Shown piece after piece: positions 12,711 through 26,752 of a stretch of DNA of 64,000 bases. The DNA lies in contig OZ024740.1 in the NCBI GenBank assembly GCA_964016885.1, forward strand, positions 31,186,001-31,250,000. The letters run 5' to 3'. This stretch comes from Eledone cirrhosa. Its lineage: Eukaryota. Positions within the stretch are counted from its first letter, which is position 1, and the number at the start of each line of letters is the position of its first letter. The notes under the pieces are model-generated. The model had not been told where the DNA came from. It ran no database searches and saw only the letters and a program-made list of their open reading frames with translations. Position numbers and translations under genes: made by a program.

Positions 12711-14289
12711 ATGTGTGTGTGTGTGGGTGTATTTGAAACCATGTGATTGTAAAGCAAACTTCTTAATGACACAGTCATAAATGTGCCTCTCATATATGTG
12801 TGTGTGTGTGTGTGTGTGTGTCGTTAAGACGTTTACAACCATAATGTTTCAGGTCCAGCATCACTTTGTGGCACTTTGGGCAATTGTCAAATACTATAGC
12901 CATGAGCAGACCAATTCCTTAAGAGTGAATTTGAAAGATGGAAGCTGTATAAAAGCCTGTCATATATATCAATGTCTATGAGTATGTGTGCATGTGTATA
13001 CACATACACATGTGTATCTTCGTCATCATCATCATCATCAGTTTTATGCCCACTTTCCATGCTGGCATGAGTTGGACAGGTTGTCATGGTCTGACTAGAT
13101 GGGTTGGAGCAACCTTATCTTGCTTCTATGTTCCATTTTGGTATGGTTTCTGCAACTGGATGCCTTACCTGACACTAACCACCTCACAGAGTGTAGTGGC
13201 TTGTTATTTTTTTTTTTGGCGGGGGGGAGGGGGGGTGACTACACCACCACCACCTTACAGAATGTACTGGGTGCATTTTATAATGGTGCCGAAATCAACC
13301 ACATTAGGGTGTACCCTCAAAGCCTATATTGTCTTTATTTGATTATCAAACAATGTAACCTCTAGTTTATCACAGTATTTATTTTAATGTCACATTACTT
13401 GTAGTGGTGAATGGGTCTTTTGTTTTATCTAATGAGGTAATTATCCGTAAAATATAGGTATAGGATCTGCAATTTTTGGAAAGTTTGTTTAAGGGTTCAG
13501 CAACAAAATAAATTTAGGAACCTCCAAAATAAAACAAGAAAATAGAAATTAAAATAACAGGAACTAATGAATCTATGTAATGAAGGGTTCAAGATATGAA
13601 ACCAATATATTGTAGCCATGTTTATCTATGAATAATTAGTTATTTATTTTTAGTTTTCTTTTATTAAAATATTTTCAAAGAAATATATTTTTTATTAAAA
13701 TTTGAATTTCTGTTTTCTTTTTTAAATTACATTTTTTTTCTTGTTATAGGTAGATTTGAACCCTTTCTTTAACATAGCTCTAAAACAATCAAGAATTTTG
13801 AGGCATTTTTTTTTTCATTATTAAGCAGGGCTTTGGCATATAACTTAACAAATGTTCTTACATAAAACTATGAGGAAAGATTTTTAAATAAAGATTTTTA
13901 AAACACAGTTTAGTGCCATAGAACCATGAGTGATATAGTTAAGTAGCAATATTTTGGGAACATTTTCAAATTCCTTGCTGATGTACACAATAAGTTTCCA
14001 ACCCATAGCCCACAGGAAAAATGTTTTCAGCTCAGGTATTTTGAGATGTCTTTTGTTTAATATATCGATGTAATAATGGTTTCTAATTTTGGCACAAAGC
14101 CAATGATTTTTTGAGGAAGGTAAAGTCAATTCCTCCTAGACACTCACTCTGCCTGTTGCAGACTGCGCATCAACATGAGATATTCTTCTCCACAAAGTTC
14201 GCTCACCAACAGCAGAGTTTAAAGAGCAAAGGTCAAGTCCAGTCCATAAGTTGACATTATGAAGCAGCATTTTGGCTGTCAACCTTTGC

Positions 14290-14720
14290 ATCTCTTACTG
14301 GCTGACCTTCCTTCTAGGCATAACTTACACCACGAGTTGATCTTCTGGTATGACCATATAGTTTAAGTACTCTTGACTTAATAACTGATGTGATTGGTTT
14401 AAGTTTGGTAATGTTGAGTAGCTCATTGATAGAGATATGGTTGCTGAATCGTTTGTTAATCATAAGTCTCATGATGTGGTTCTGGAATGTAGAAAGTTTC
14501 TGAAGTGACCTTGTCATCCAGTTAACACAAGCAAGACCATATAACACAACTAGTAGGATGTAAGTGTCAAAGGTTTCAGCCTTCAAATGATAAGAAATTC
14601 GTTTTGATGTTAGCATTACTTTGTTCCTGTTGAAAGCTGCCCAACCCAGAGTGATGCGAAACTGCACAGCAACCATTCCATTGTTGTTTGATGATAGCTT
14701 GTGACTGAGATATGCAAACT
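14290..14720 (-). mobile_element. Old RTE-like LINE C-terminal fragment
   Basis: RITLGWAAFNRNK..L...LKAETFDTYILLVVLYG...KSRVLKLYGHTRR. Confidence 0.75.
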
Positions 14721-15531
14721 CCATAACTGGAGCAATACTTGCCTGGTACTTTATTTTATCAACCTTGAAAGGATAAAAGGCAAAGTTGACCTCAGCAAGG
14801 TTTGAACTCAGACCATAAAGAGCCAGAACAATTACTGCCAAGCATTTGTCATATCAATGTGATAATAAGATTGTTATATTTCTTGTACACATTAATATTA
14901 TCTTTTCAATGTATTGATTCTTGGTGGATTTTCATTAATAGAGCTGGATAAAATATTTTATTGTATTAAGTTACATTATAAATTCAAACCTTCTCTGACT
15001 TTCTTCAAAGAATGACCCTAACCTTAACTCACCTCTTCTCATAACACATAAACATCTTATTTTACAAATGTTATTAGATGTCTTTTACCAGCACAGACCA
15101 TCACTTGTTTCCTCAGACAGTAGGGTTTATTTTTTCTTTTGTTTTCTTTAGCCTTGCTATTTATTCTCCTGTGATCGATAAGTAAGTAGTAATCATGTAT
15201 TGACTTGATTCAATTGACTATACATCTTATATCAAATCAATATGTTCTTCAGTGCAATAAAAAAAAATCCAGGCAGCTATCTAACTATGAGTATGTATCT
15301 ATGTGTGTATGTGTGTTTAAAAACATGCATAGATTACATGAAGGAATGTAGCTTAATGGTTAAGGCATTTGGTTCACAATTGTAGGCTTGTGAGATTGAT
15401 TTCCAGTGGTATGTTGGGTCCTTGAACAAGACTCTTTATTTCGCATTGCTCCAGTCCACTCAACTAGCAAAAGATAAGTTGTGCCTGTAATTCAAGGGGT
15501 CAATCTTTTCAAACAATGTGTCATCCTCATC

Positions 15532-15766
15532 CTGACTCTCCCTGAGAACTACATTAAGGGTGCATGTGTCTGTTGAACCTGACTCTTCCTGAGAACTACA
15601 TTAAGGGTGCATGTGTCTGTTGAACATGACTCTCCCTGAGAACTATGTTAAGGGTGCATGTGTCTGTTGAACCTGACTCTCCCTGAGAACTATGTTAAGG
15701 GTGCATGTATCTGTTGAACCTGACTCTCCCTGAGAACTATGTTAAGGGTGCATGTGTCTGGTGAAT
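15532..15766 (+). repeat. 47-bp tandem repeat x5 within a CORE-like SINE (SINE starts about 15342)
   Basis: Unit CTGACTCTCCCTGAGAACTA(C/T)(A/G)TTAAGGGTGCATGTGTCTGTTGAAC, starting at 15532 and 15579. Confidence 0.9.
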
Positions 15767-16978
15767 GTTTGGCCACTTGCATGTTAATTATATGAGTAGA
15801 CTGTTCCATTGTTTGAACAGCTTGTACACTCGCAGAACCAACAGAGGTCCAAAACACGCATAAATACACACACGGATATATATGAATTAGCATTTGTATG
15901 CCGTGTTTATCCCAGATTTTAGAATAGGTGTACCATATCCCTGCATATCATTAGAGGTCATTAAAAGAATTGGCATCAAGAATGGCTGAAGAACATTGTC
16001 TCAAAACATCCCATTCAACCCATGCCAGCGTGGAAAAGTGGGACAAAACTGTCCAACCCATACTAGCGTGGAAGATGGATGTTAAATGATGATGATGATG
16101 AGGATGATGAGGATGATGTTGATGATAATGATGTGTGTGTGTGTTTCATTTTCTCAACCAGATATAAGAATGACCAAGTGGTTAAGAAATTCACTTTGCA
16201 ATCATAAGGTTCTGACTTTGATAATAGTACAGGATATCTGAGGCATCTGTCTTCTATCATAACTGTGAGTTGATTCAAGCCATGTGAGTGAAACTCCATG
16301 GACAGAAAAATGTGTGGACACTCATCTGATGGACTATATACATAATTCTAAGTGTTGGCCATTACCTGTGTCATGCAGTTTCTGCCTGAAAATTATGTTG
16401 TATGTATATACGGACCTGTAGCTCCCGATGGAGTTATAGGGGTGCCATAGTGACATGCAGTGTGTTTTGGGCACTTTGAACCTGGTTTAGCCTAGCCCTC
16501 TTAAGATATGACTCTCTCTCTCTCTCTCTCTGTTGAGCTGTCTCAGATGGTCTTTTGGCTCCTATTTCTAGCAGTATTATAATCCTGTCACGTAGTCCTA
16601 ATATTAAAGACATTTATTCATGAAACGATGCAATTACATGTGTTTTTGTACTGCATGCTGGATCGGCAACTGGTATGTAGAATTTCATGATGAATATAGT
16701 CTCTTTGAATTGAAGAGTACTCCTCTGACGAATACATGAATTCTTCAAATATTGGTCTTTTCCAATAGTTGCTTCTTCCAAGAATGAAACCATGGAAGGG
16801 AGGTTGATATATAAGTGAGAGAGACTAAAATGTTTTGGGGGTCTCTCTGGCTTATACTCCCATAGAGTTTTTTCACTTAAATTTAATGTTATATATATAT
16901 ATAAGCCAGAATCAGTTCCCGCCCCATCCTTGCAAGTAGGGAAAAGCGGACGTAAAAATGAAATGATAATGATGATGA

Positions 16979-17720
16979 TATATTTGAAAATAAGGAAAAG
17001 AATGACTTCACTTGTAGTGTTAAATAATTTGATTTAATTTTATAATATTATAATATTATGAGTTGGTAGATCTAGTAAGTTCTTTGTTAACTTCGGTGGG
17101 AAGAATTTTAAAGATTCCTGGTTAACTTTGTTGGAGAACTTTCTCTCATTCGTCGGTGGCGATTGTTAAACTGAGATCAGGTTGTGTTGAGATGTGTATA
17201 TATAAGAGAGATTTGGATGTGTCTGGGTGTGGTGTTAATGAGTGTTGATGATGATGAATATTTGGAAGAATTAAAGCATACATACACACATACGCACACA
17301 CATACATACACACATACGCACACACATACACACACACCTATAGACACTCAGAAGGTGGTTGTAAACATCCCCTCATGCTGGTTTTATTTCATTAGCTGAC
17401 CTCTTTGATGAGTATATAATGGCATAGCTGAATCAACTCTCTTAAATTTATAAAGAATATCTTCTACAAATTTCTATATCAAAGATGAATTTAGGTGCAT
17501 GTCTGGGTTTTAATGAGGTGTAAGATACATGTCTTTTGATAAGAATGGGATGACAGGAAAAAGAGAAAAGAAGGATAGTTTTGGAACATTTGTCAAAGAT
17601 GTGTTGTTGATATTGGTTTATATATTTACAGTCCATATATATTACATACATACACACATACATACACACACATATATATATATATATATACACACCATAT
17701 ATATATATATTATATATATA
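16979..17720 (-). mobile_element. Inverted pseudo-LTR of the adjacent Penelope-like element
   Basis: Reverse complement of about 26020-26751; its left end is also the reverse complement of 17845-17930. Confidence 0.8.
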
Positions 17721-17844
17721 CACATATGTCCAAACCCATGCTAGCGTGGAAGATGGACGTTAAACGATGATGATGATGATGATATACACATCATATATAT
17801 ATAATATATACACATATATACACATCATATATATATATATATAT

Positions 17845-20800
17845 ACCAACTCATAATATTATAATATAAAATTAAATCAAATTATTTAACACTACAACTG
17901 AAGTCATTCTTTTCCTTTTTTTCAAATATACCTAACTGTACCAAGGACCTTACACATTTTTCCAATATTCTACCACCTTGTACACGACAGAGTGGCTAAC
18001 ACACGTTCAAAATCTGTTACTGAATCCCTCAAATCAGAGACAATATTACAGGAAATCTCAGAATAACTCTCCATAATAATAAGTAAGTACAACTCTCTTA
18101 CTAATGCCGTATATGAAATGGAACAACAAACACGCAGCTATATGGAGAAACTCGATTCCTTAATTGCAGACCGCCAGAAACAAGAACAAATCTCACCCTC
18201 TGAAATAGTTACACCAGAATTCCATCGTTCAAAATGCGTTCAAAGAATGGAATGAACTGAATCTGGAAAAAGAAGCTTCCAAAAAAAGTAACCAAATGAA
18301 AAATATTTGGAACCAAATACTAAGCCAAAGAAAACAGGCATAGTGGAAAGCCTTGAGGAGTGAAAACCTAGTGGACACATATGAGATATGGCGAAGTACA
18401 GAACAAGTCATCCTCCCGAGAAAATTCCGGATTAAAGAAATAACATCAGAACCAAATGAAGAAACCAAAATAAGACAAAATCTAGCACTCCAGAAACTTG
18501 AGACAGAAATCACTCTACTTCGTCTAAGAGTACCAAAATTTAAAGAAAAATTCGAAAAATATGACACCATCATTAGAGAAGAAATAAACAAAAGAAGCAT
18601 CGGTAATGTACGAGAAAAACTCTTTGACCTTTGGAAGAATGATACACCAGAGAGGAATTGAAATCAAAGAAAATCTTGGAGTCAAGAACACAATGGTTAC
18701 AAGAATATGAAAAAAACTATGGGAAAGTCCAAATAAAATCCAAAAAACAAGCCCATAAGGAACCCACAAATTCGGGAATATACAAAAACACAAGAAATGA
18801 GGAATTCTCACACAATAAACAAACATCAACCAGAAATAGGAGAATCCCAAACACAATTATACACAAACCAAATACTGAACACCAGAACCAGATACAACTA
18901 CTGTCAAAACCCCAAGAACAATTACCAGTGGCAAAATCAAAGACATATGATGACCGAACGGAACAATAGAAGAACTAGACCCCCATATATCAACCATCAT
19001 CATCATCATCATCACCGTTTTACGTCCGTTCTTCCACGCTAGCATGGGTTAGACGGATTATCTTGTTGTGGGCAGTGTCCAGTCGGCTGACCTTGTCTTG
19101 CTCATACGGGAACTGAATCTGGATTCCCTTCCTAACACCAACCTCATTTACAGTGAGTGCTGGGTGCTTTGTTTCGTGGCGCCTACACGTCCACTTTACA
19201 GTGTGGGCTGGGTGCTTTTTTGCTGTGGCACCTCCACGACCACTTTGCAGTGGGAGGGTGTGGGGGCATATTGTCTATATGCTTCAACTTCGGCTTGTAC
19301 CCGTGGGGCGTCGGGTCTTCTGTATTACTGCGTTACAATCCCCAAACAAAATACTACCATTCAGAAAATTATCAACATGAAATACCAGCAAACAGAATAT
19401 TTCACCACAACAGAAACACCGCTACCTCAAATGGGAATTATTTTTTAGGACAAGGTGCCTCCCACCAAATGAAAGGAAAAAAGAAAAAAAAAAACACCCT
19501 TCAAGTGGCACCCAATGAGAAAACTCCAAAGGAACCATAATAATCAACATATCAGCAAAAAAACTAACACAACAGGAAATAAAATTGCTAGAAAATGGAC
19601 TGAAATTCACACCCACTCCAAAAGCAGACCAAGCCGACCTTATAAAAGACACAGAAGATTTTTGTCAAAAATTATGTCTAGGAGAATTCTTCCAGGGTGT
19701 AGAATACGGGGAGGAATCACTAGTAAGAAACAAAAAGGACTTCAGGCCTCCGTTAAATAGAGACAAAAACCTGGTGGATTACATAACCTACCTCCGACGA
19801 TCAGCACAGTCAAATATTGCAGAGACGAAACACAAACACAACATTCCTACAGACCAACTGCAAGCACTAACAAACTACAAAAAGGCTCCTCAATAATCAT
19901 AAAAGAAGCGGACAAAGATGGAGCAATCATCATCATGGACAAAAACCACTACAAGGGTATGGTCCTAGAACAGTTGAATAACTAGGATTTTTACAGAAAA
20001 ATCAGCAAAAACGAAGAAAGAAAATCGATGATTAAAGTAGGCAAACTGACGACCAAGTACCAAAACAACCTCACACTAAAAGAAATCAATTACTTAACCA
20101 ACTTCGAAATGAAAACCAGCAATTTCTATGGTTTACCGAAAGTTCACAAATCCAGAGAAATCCAAAACAACATAAAAGGCAAAAATACATCATATGTTGA
20201 AGTACCAAAACTGACAGATTTAAAATTACACCCAATTGTTGCTGGTCCAGCCTCAAGCACACAACGTCTAAGCAACCTATAAGACATCATACTGAAACCC
20301 TTATGTAAAAAAGTGCCAAGCTTCATCAGAGATGATATGGAATTCCTGAACTATATCCCCCAGAAAGTACACCAAGAAACAATCTTAGTCAGCTTTGACG
20401 TAACAAGCTTATACACTAACATCCCACACGACTTAGGAGTTGAAGCTGTTGACTTCTGGATTACAAAACACCCAGACTACATTTCAGAGAGATTCCCCCA
20501 AAAATTTATTTTGGAAGAACTCAAACTAGTACTGGAGAACAACCACTTCCTTTTTGATAATGAACTATATTTACAAATAAAAGGAATGGCTATGGGTACC
20601 AAAGTGGCCCCAACATATGCAACACTCGTTATGGGCCACCTGGAGGCAAAATTACATTCCAAACTGCAGGAAACATTCAGTCATAACTTCGCTACCTACA
20701 TTAATCACAACTGGAAACGCTACCTAGACGACTACTTCATCTTCTGGAATAGAAGCCAAGAAGACCTGCAAAGATTCCATTGCTCATAAACAATCTTCAC

Positions 20801-21780
20801 AAAGAAATAAAATTCACCATGGAATGTAATAAAAAGGAACTACCCTTTCTGGATATCCTTATCATTAAGGAAGGGGAAAATATCAAAACGGACTTATTTT
20901 ACAAACCAACAGACACACACCAATACTTGAATTTCCGATCAGCACACCCCTCACATAGCAAAAGGAACATTCCTTTTAACATGGCAAGACGCATCTGCAC
21001 CATAGTAACACACCCAACACTACAGGAAAAAAGATTATATGAATTAAAAGAGTTCCTTAAAAGACAAGAATATCCAGTAAACCTCATCAACACAGCCATC
21101 TCCAAAGCCCAGACAACACTGAGAAAAACAAAGCAACAAAATAGAATGGAAAAAACAGTTATTCCTTTTGTCATCACTCACAATCCAAGGAACTTCAACA
21201 TTGTGAAAGCCGCCAAATAATATCTCCCGATTCTCCAGCAGTTCCCTAAAATGAATGAAGTCATAAAAGACACACAAATTATATATAGTAGACGCCAAGC
21301 ACCCAACCTAAAGAAACTGCTTACCGAGGCAAAATTTACGTCTAATAATGAAGCAATGCAAGTTAAGAAATGCGGACACCCTCGATGCGGAACTTGCGAA
21401 CACATTGAAGAGGGTGGACAAATCTCCTTTAAAAACAACCAGTCTTTCACAGTTAATGCAAATATGAATTGCAAAACGAAAAACTTGATTTACTGTGCAA
21501 CCTGCCCACAATCTAAAGAATACTACATTGGTGAAACCGGAACGGGTCTACATGACTGAGTTCGAGTACATAAACAACAAATTAGAGACCCCTCTGTCAG
21601 AAACACCACATACAGTGAACACTTCGCAACATGCGGAAAGGGAAATTTCACAATTTTCCCCTTCTTTAAGATATGGTCGGACAACAAACATTTCAGAAAA
21701 TAGAAAGAAGAATTCTTTATTAGAAAAGACAAACCACTACTGAACACAAAAAAGTGATATTCCATCTTCAAGTAACAGGA
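17845..21780 (+). mobile_element. Near full-length Penelope-like element (RT + GIY-YIG), degraded
   Basis: GLKFTPTP, FYGLPKVHK, LVSFDVTSLYTNIP, KGMAMGTKVAPTYA, WKRYLDD, LPFLDI, YKPTDT, CGHPRCGTC linker and NLIYCATC..YYIGET. Multiple stops and frameshifts. Confidence 0.93.
18995..19333 (-). mobile_element. RTE family A 3' tail inserted in the Penelope ORF
   Basis: Matches 7511-7825, with (CAT)n tail at 18995. Confidence 0.85.
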
Positions 21781-22526
21781 TTCTTCTCCTCTCTCTTTTC
21801 TTTAAAAAAATCTCATACTGAAAAAGAAAAATAGTTGATGACACCCGTACTTTCAAACATTCGATCGCTGAAGATAAGAAAAACCCCCAGAGGTACAATA
21901 ACAGTTCATTAATTCCCCTTACTCACACCAATGTATATATGAACTTAAACACTTGAGTAAATGTGTACATATATATGTGTACATATATTTATGTATAGAT
22001 GTGTTTTTTTATATATGTGTCTGTAGGTATACAGATATATGTGTACATGTTTATATGTATGTGTGCATATGTGTGTGTATATATATGTATGTATGCACGT
22101 GCGTGTGAAATAGATAAATGTGTGTATATATATATGTATATTTATATATATGTAGATATATGTATTATATATTTATATGTATATCATCATCATCATCATC
22201 ATCATTTTACGTCCGCTTTTCCCAGCTTGCAAGGGTGGGATGGGAACTGATTATGGCTTGATTTCTACAGCTGGATGCCCTTCCTAACACCAACCTCATT
22301 TACAGTGAGTGCTGGGTGCTTTTTTGCCGTGGCACCTCCACGACCACTTTGCAGTGGAATGATAGGGACCCCAGTCTTATCATCTCATTTCTACAGCTGA
22401 GTAAACTGGAGCGATGTGAAATAAAGTGTCTTGCTCAAGGAAACAACACATCACCCGGTCTGAGAAGTGAACTCACAACCTTTCGATTACAAAGCCAATG
22501 CTCTAACCACTAAGTCATGTGCCTCC

Positions 22527-22551
<25 letters not shown>

Positions 22552-22557
<6 letters not shown>

Positions 22558-23330
22558 TAAGTATGTATACGTACACACATATATGTATACAGACGTACAG
22601 TAGTATGTATATATATACATGCACACATATATATATGTACGTATGGGTTTACCGAACATTTATTATAATGTTCGGTTTGTTTGTGAACAAACAGCCTGAA
22701 TTAAGCCATACAGTGTTCGGCAACCATCATCGCCCTTTTCTTCAACACTGACAAAGGAACGTTGAACTAGTTTCAAGCTTATTAGCTATCATCAGCGTCG
22801 TATACCTTCCTGTCAGATGATTGAACGTTTGAAAGTATATACTTTCCTTATGCATATTAACGGCTGAGCAGCCGAATTTGCATATTGAGTGAGTTAGTCG
22901 GCTGGGCGTACCGAAAACGATAAATGGAAAAGAATCAAATGCAAATTAGGCTGCTCAGCCGTTAATATGCATAAGGAAAGTATATACTTTCAAACGTTTA
23001 ATCATCTGACAGGAATGTATACAATGCTGACGATAGCTAATAAGCTTCAATCTAGTTCAACGTTCCTTTGTCAGTGTTGAAGAAAAGGGCGACGATGGTT
23101 GCCGAACACTGTATGGCTTAATTCAGGCTGTTTGTTTACAAACAAACCGAACATTATAATAAATGTTCGGTAAACCCATCATTTTTCATTTCATTTTACG
23201 TCCACTTTTTCCCTGCTTGCAAGGGTGGGACCCATACGTACATATATATATATGTGTGCATGTATGTATATATATACATACTACTGTACGTCTGTATACA
23301 TATATGTATGTACGTATACATACTTATATT
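22552..23330. repeat. Long fold-back inverted repeat (arms about 22552-22888 and 22936-23330)
   Basis: Near-perfect reverse-complement arms with a spacer of about 47 nt. The right arm carries a 50-nt RTE/SINE tail insertion flanked by CCCAT repeats. Confidence 0.92.
22760..22800 (-). ncRNA. Minimal type I hammerhead ribozyme motif
   Basis: Minus strand: CGACG-CTGATGA-TAGCT aata AGCTT-GAAAC-TA-GTT-CAACG. Palindromic stem III ACTAGT; stem I weak. Confidence 0.6.
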
Positions 23331-24097
23331 TAAGTATCAGCCGTACTAAGAGTGAGAAATGAAATTTCATTTCATTCTTTTCCATTTATATAAAAATATA
23401 CATATAAAATATATAAAATATGTATATGTCGAATATATATATCATCATCATCATCATCATCACCATTTTACGTCCATTCTTCCACACTATCATGGGTTAG
23501 ATGAGTTGTCCTGTTGTGGGCAGTGTCCGGTCGGCTGACCTTGTGTTGCTCATACGGGAACTGATTCTGGCTTGATTTCTACAGCTGGATGCCCTTCCTA
23601 ACACCAACCTCTTTTACAGTGAGTGCTGGGTGCTTTGTTTCATGGCACCTACACGTCCACTTTACAGTGTGGGCTGGGTGCTTTTTTGCCATGGCACCTC
23701 CACAACCACTTTGCAGTGGAATGATAGGAACCCCAGTCCCTATCATCTCATTTCTACAGCTGAGTAAACTGGAGCAATGTGAAATAAAGTGTCTTGCTCA
23801 AGGAAATAACACATCACCCGGTCCGAGAATTGAACTCACAACATATATATATATATAAAATATATATATGTATATATGTATAAAATATATATATGTATGT
23901 ATGGGATATATATATATGTGTATAGGATATATATATATATGTATAGAGAGATATGTATGTGTATGAGATATATATATATATATATATAGGATATATATAT
24001 ATATATATAGGATATATATATAATATATGTATGGGATTTATATGATATATGTGTAAGATATATATATATATGATATATATATAAAATATATATATAG

Positions 24098-24620
24098 ACG
24101 GTAGCCACGGAGTAAGCAGACCCAGAAAAACCTGGGACGACTTGATAAATTCCCACCTCACACACTTACACCTCTCCAAGACAATGCCACTGGACCAAGA
24201 TCTTTGGCGCTACGCAGTAATACAGAAGACCCTACAAAACGAAACCTACAGTCAGTAGGCACCTCTTACCAAAATACACCCCCGTCCCACTACCCCCACC
24301 CCATCCACACCACCCCTTTCGATGTAAAGTTATGTTGGTACCACAACATCCAGTCCGAAATAAATGAGGTTGTGTAGGTGTCACGACAAAAAAACACACA
24401 GTCCACGCTGTAATATGGTCGGGTAGATAACACGGTAAAAACCTCCCACTTCCACACTGTAAACATGGTTGGTGTTAGGAAGGGCATCCAGCCGTAGAAA
24501 ACCTGCCCGACAGTCCTATATGAGCAAGACAACCAATCTTGCCTCAAGTGGGAAAATTCCCGTCCAAACCCATGCTAGCGTGGAAGATGGACGTTAAACG
24601 ATGATGATGATGATGATGAT
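24098..24620 (+). mobile_element. RTE family B 3' end
   Basis: Matches 28614-29146 with an internal deletion; (GAT)n tail; flanked by TA-rich sequence. Confidence 0.85.
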
Positions 24621-25880
24621 ATATAGTGTATATATAAAATGTATGTATAGTATATGTGTAACATATATATATGGTATATGTATAGGATATATATACATGT
24701 ATGTAAAATATATATATATGTGTATGTGGGGTATATATATGTATGTGTATGAAGTATATATATATGTATGTATAGGATATATATATATATGTATATATAT
24801 AAAATATATATGTGTGTATGAGTGTAAAATATATATATATATATGTATATGTAAGATATATATGTGTGTATATATATATGTGTGTATATAAGATATATAT
24901 ATGTATGTATGTAAAATATATATATATATGTGTATATGAAATATATATATATATATGTATGTATGAAATATGTATAATATGTATGTATAATGTGTATGTG
25001 TATAAAATATATATATATATATATATAAAATATATATATATATGTGTGTATAATATGTATATGTGTGTATAGTGTGTATATATATGATGTGTATATATAT
25101 AATATATATATATGGTGTGTATGTATATATATATAATATATATAAAATGTGTGTGTGGGTATGTGTGTGTATATATATTGGTGTATGTATGTGTGTGTAT
25201 ATATATATATGTGTGTGTGTGTATGTATGTAATATATATGGATTGTAAATATATTTACAGATAGGGAAGTGAATATGTGAGCTAGCATGTCCCCCCCCCC
25301 CACACACACTTCCTCTCCCAAACCAATATCAACAACAGTGATGGTGGTGGTGGTGGATAGTGTCAGTGATGGTGGTGGTGGATGGTGTAAGTCATGGTGA
25401 TGGTGGTGGATGGTGTCAGTGATGGTGGTGATGGTGGTGGTGGTGGTAGTGGTGGAGGTGGTGGATGATGTCAGTGATGGTGATGGTGGTGGATGATGCC
25501 AGTGATGGTGGTGGCGGCAATAGTGGTGGTGGTTGTGGTGCTGGATGGTGTCAGTGATGGTGGTGTGGTGGATGGTGCCAGTGATGATGGTGGTGGTGGT
25601 TGTGGTGCTGGATGGTGTAAGTGATGGTGGTGATGGCAGTGGTGGTGGATGGTGTAAGTGATGGTGGTGGTAGTGGTTGTGGTGGTGGTGAAGGTGAAGG
25701 ATGGTGTCAGTATGGTGATGGTGGTGGATGGTGTCAGTGATGGTGGTAGCAGTTGTTGTTGCTGTCGTTGTTATTGTTGTTGCTGTTGTTGTTGTTGATG
25801 TTGCTGCTGCTGCCGTTGTTGTTGTTCTTCATTTCACTGATGCTGCTGCTGCAGTCAATGGTGCTGTTGCTGTTATTGTA
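24620..25880. repeat. TA/TG low-complexity tract plus (GGT/GAT)n and (GTT/GCT)n microsatellites
   Basis: Direct reading. 25240-25337 duplicates about 26030-26145. Confidence 0.9.
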
Positions 25881-26019
25881 GTCGCATATATATAAATACA
25901 TACATACATGTATATATATAATATATATAAAATGTGTGTGTGGGTATTGTGTGTATATATATTGGTGATTGTATGAGTGTGTGTATATATATATATGTGT
26001 GTGTATGTGTTGATATGTG

Positions 26020-26752
26020 TGTGTATGTATGTAATATATATGGACTGTAAATATATTTACAGATAGGGAAGTGAATATGTGAGCTAGTATGCCCCCCCCC
26101 CCCCCCCACACACACACATCCTCTCCCAAACCAATATCAACAACACATCTTTGACAAATGTTCCAAAACTATCCTTCTTTTCTCTTTTTCCTGTCATCCC
26201 ATTCTTATCAAAAGACGTATCTTACACCTCATTAAAACCCAGACATGCACCTAAATTTATCTTTGATATAGAAATTTGTAGAAGATATTCTTTATAAATT
26301 TAAGAGAGTTGATTCAGCTATGCCATTATATACTCATCAAAGAGGTCAGCTAATGAAATAAAACCAGCATGAGGGGATGTTTACAACCACTTTCTAAGTG
26401 TATATATGTGTGTGTCTATGTGTGTGTGTGTGTGTGCATGTATGCTTTAATTCCTCCGAATCTTCATCAACACTCATTAACACCACACCCCACACCCAGA
26501 CACATCCAAATCTCTCTTATATATATAGTCACACATTTCAATACAACCGGATCTCAGTTTGACAATCGCCACAGACAAACGATTGCAAGAAAGTTCTCCA
26601 ACCTAAGTTAACCAGGAATCTTTAAAATTCTTCCCAACGAAGTTAACAAAGAACTTTCTGGATCTACCAACTCACAATATTATAATATTATAAAATTAAA
26701 TCAAATTATTTAACACTATAAGTGAAGTCATTCTTTTCCCTTTTTTCAAATA
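26020..26752 (+). mobile_element. 3' pseudo-LTR of the Penelope-like element (continues at 29147-29185 after the RTE insertion)
   Basis: 26665-26752 plus 29147-29185 repeats 17845-17967 in direct orientation. Confidence 0.75.

Noticed and set aside
25339-26129. Gly/Asp- or Asn/His-rich low-complexity ORF
   Set aside because: Trinucleotide microsatellite between duplicated pLTR pieces, with no splice or coding evidence.
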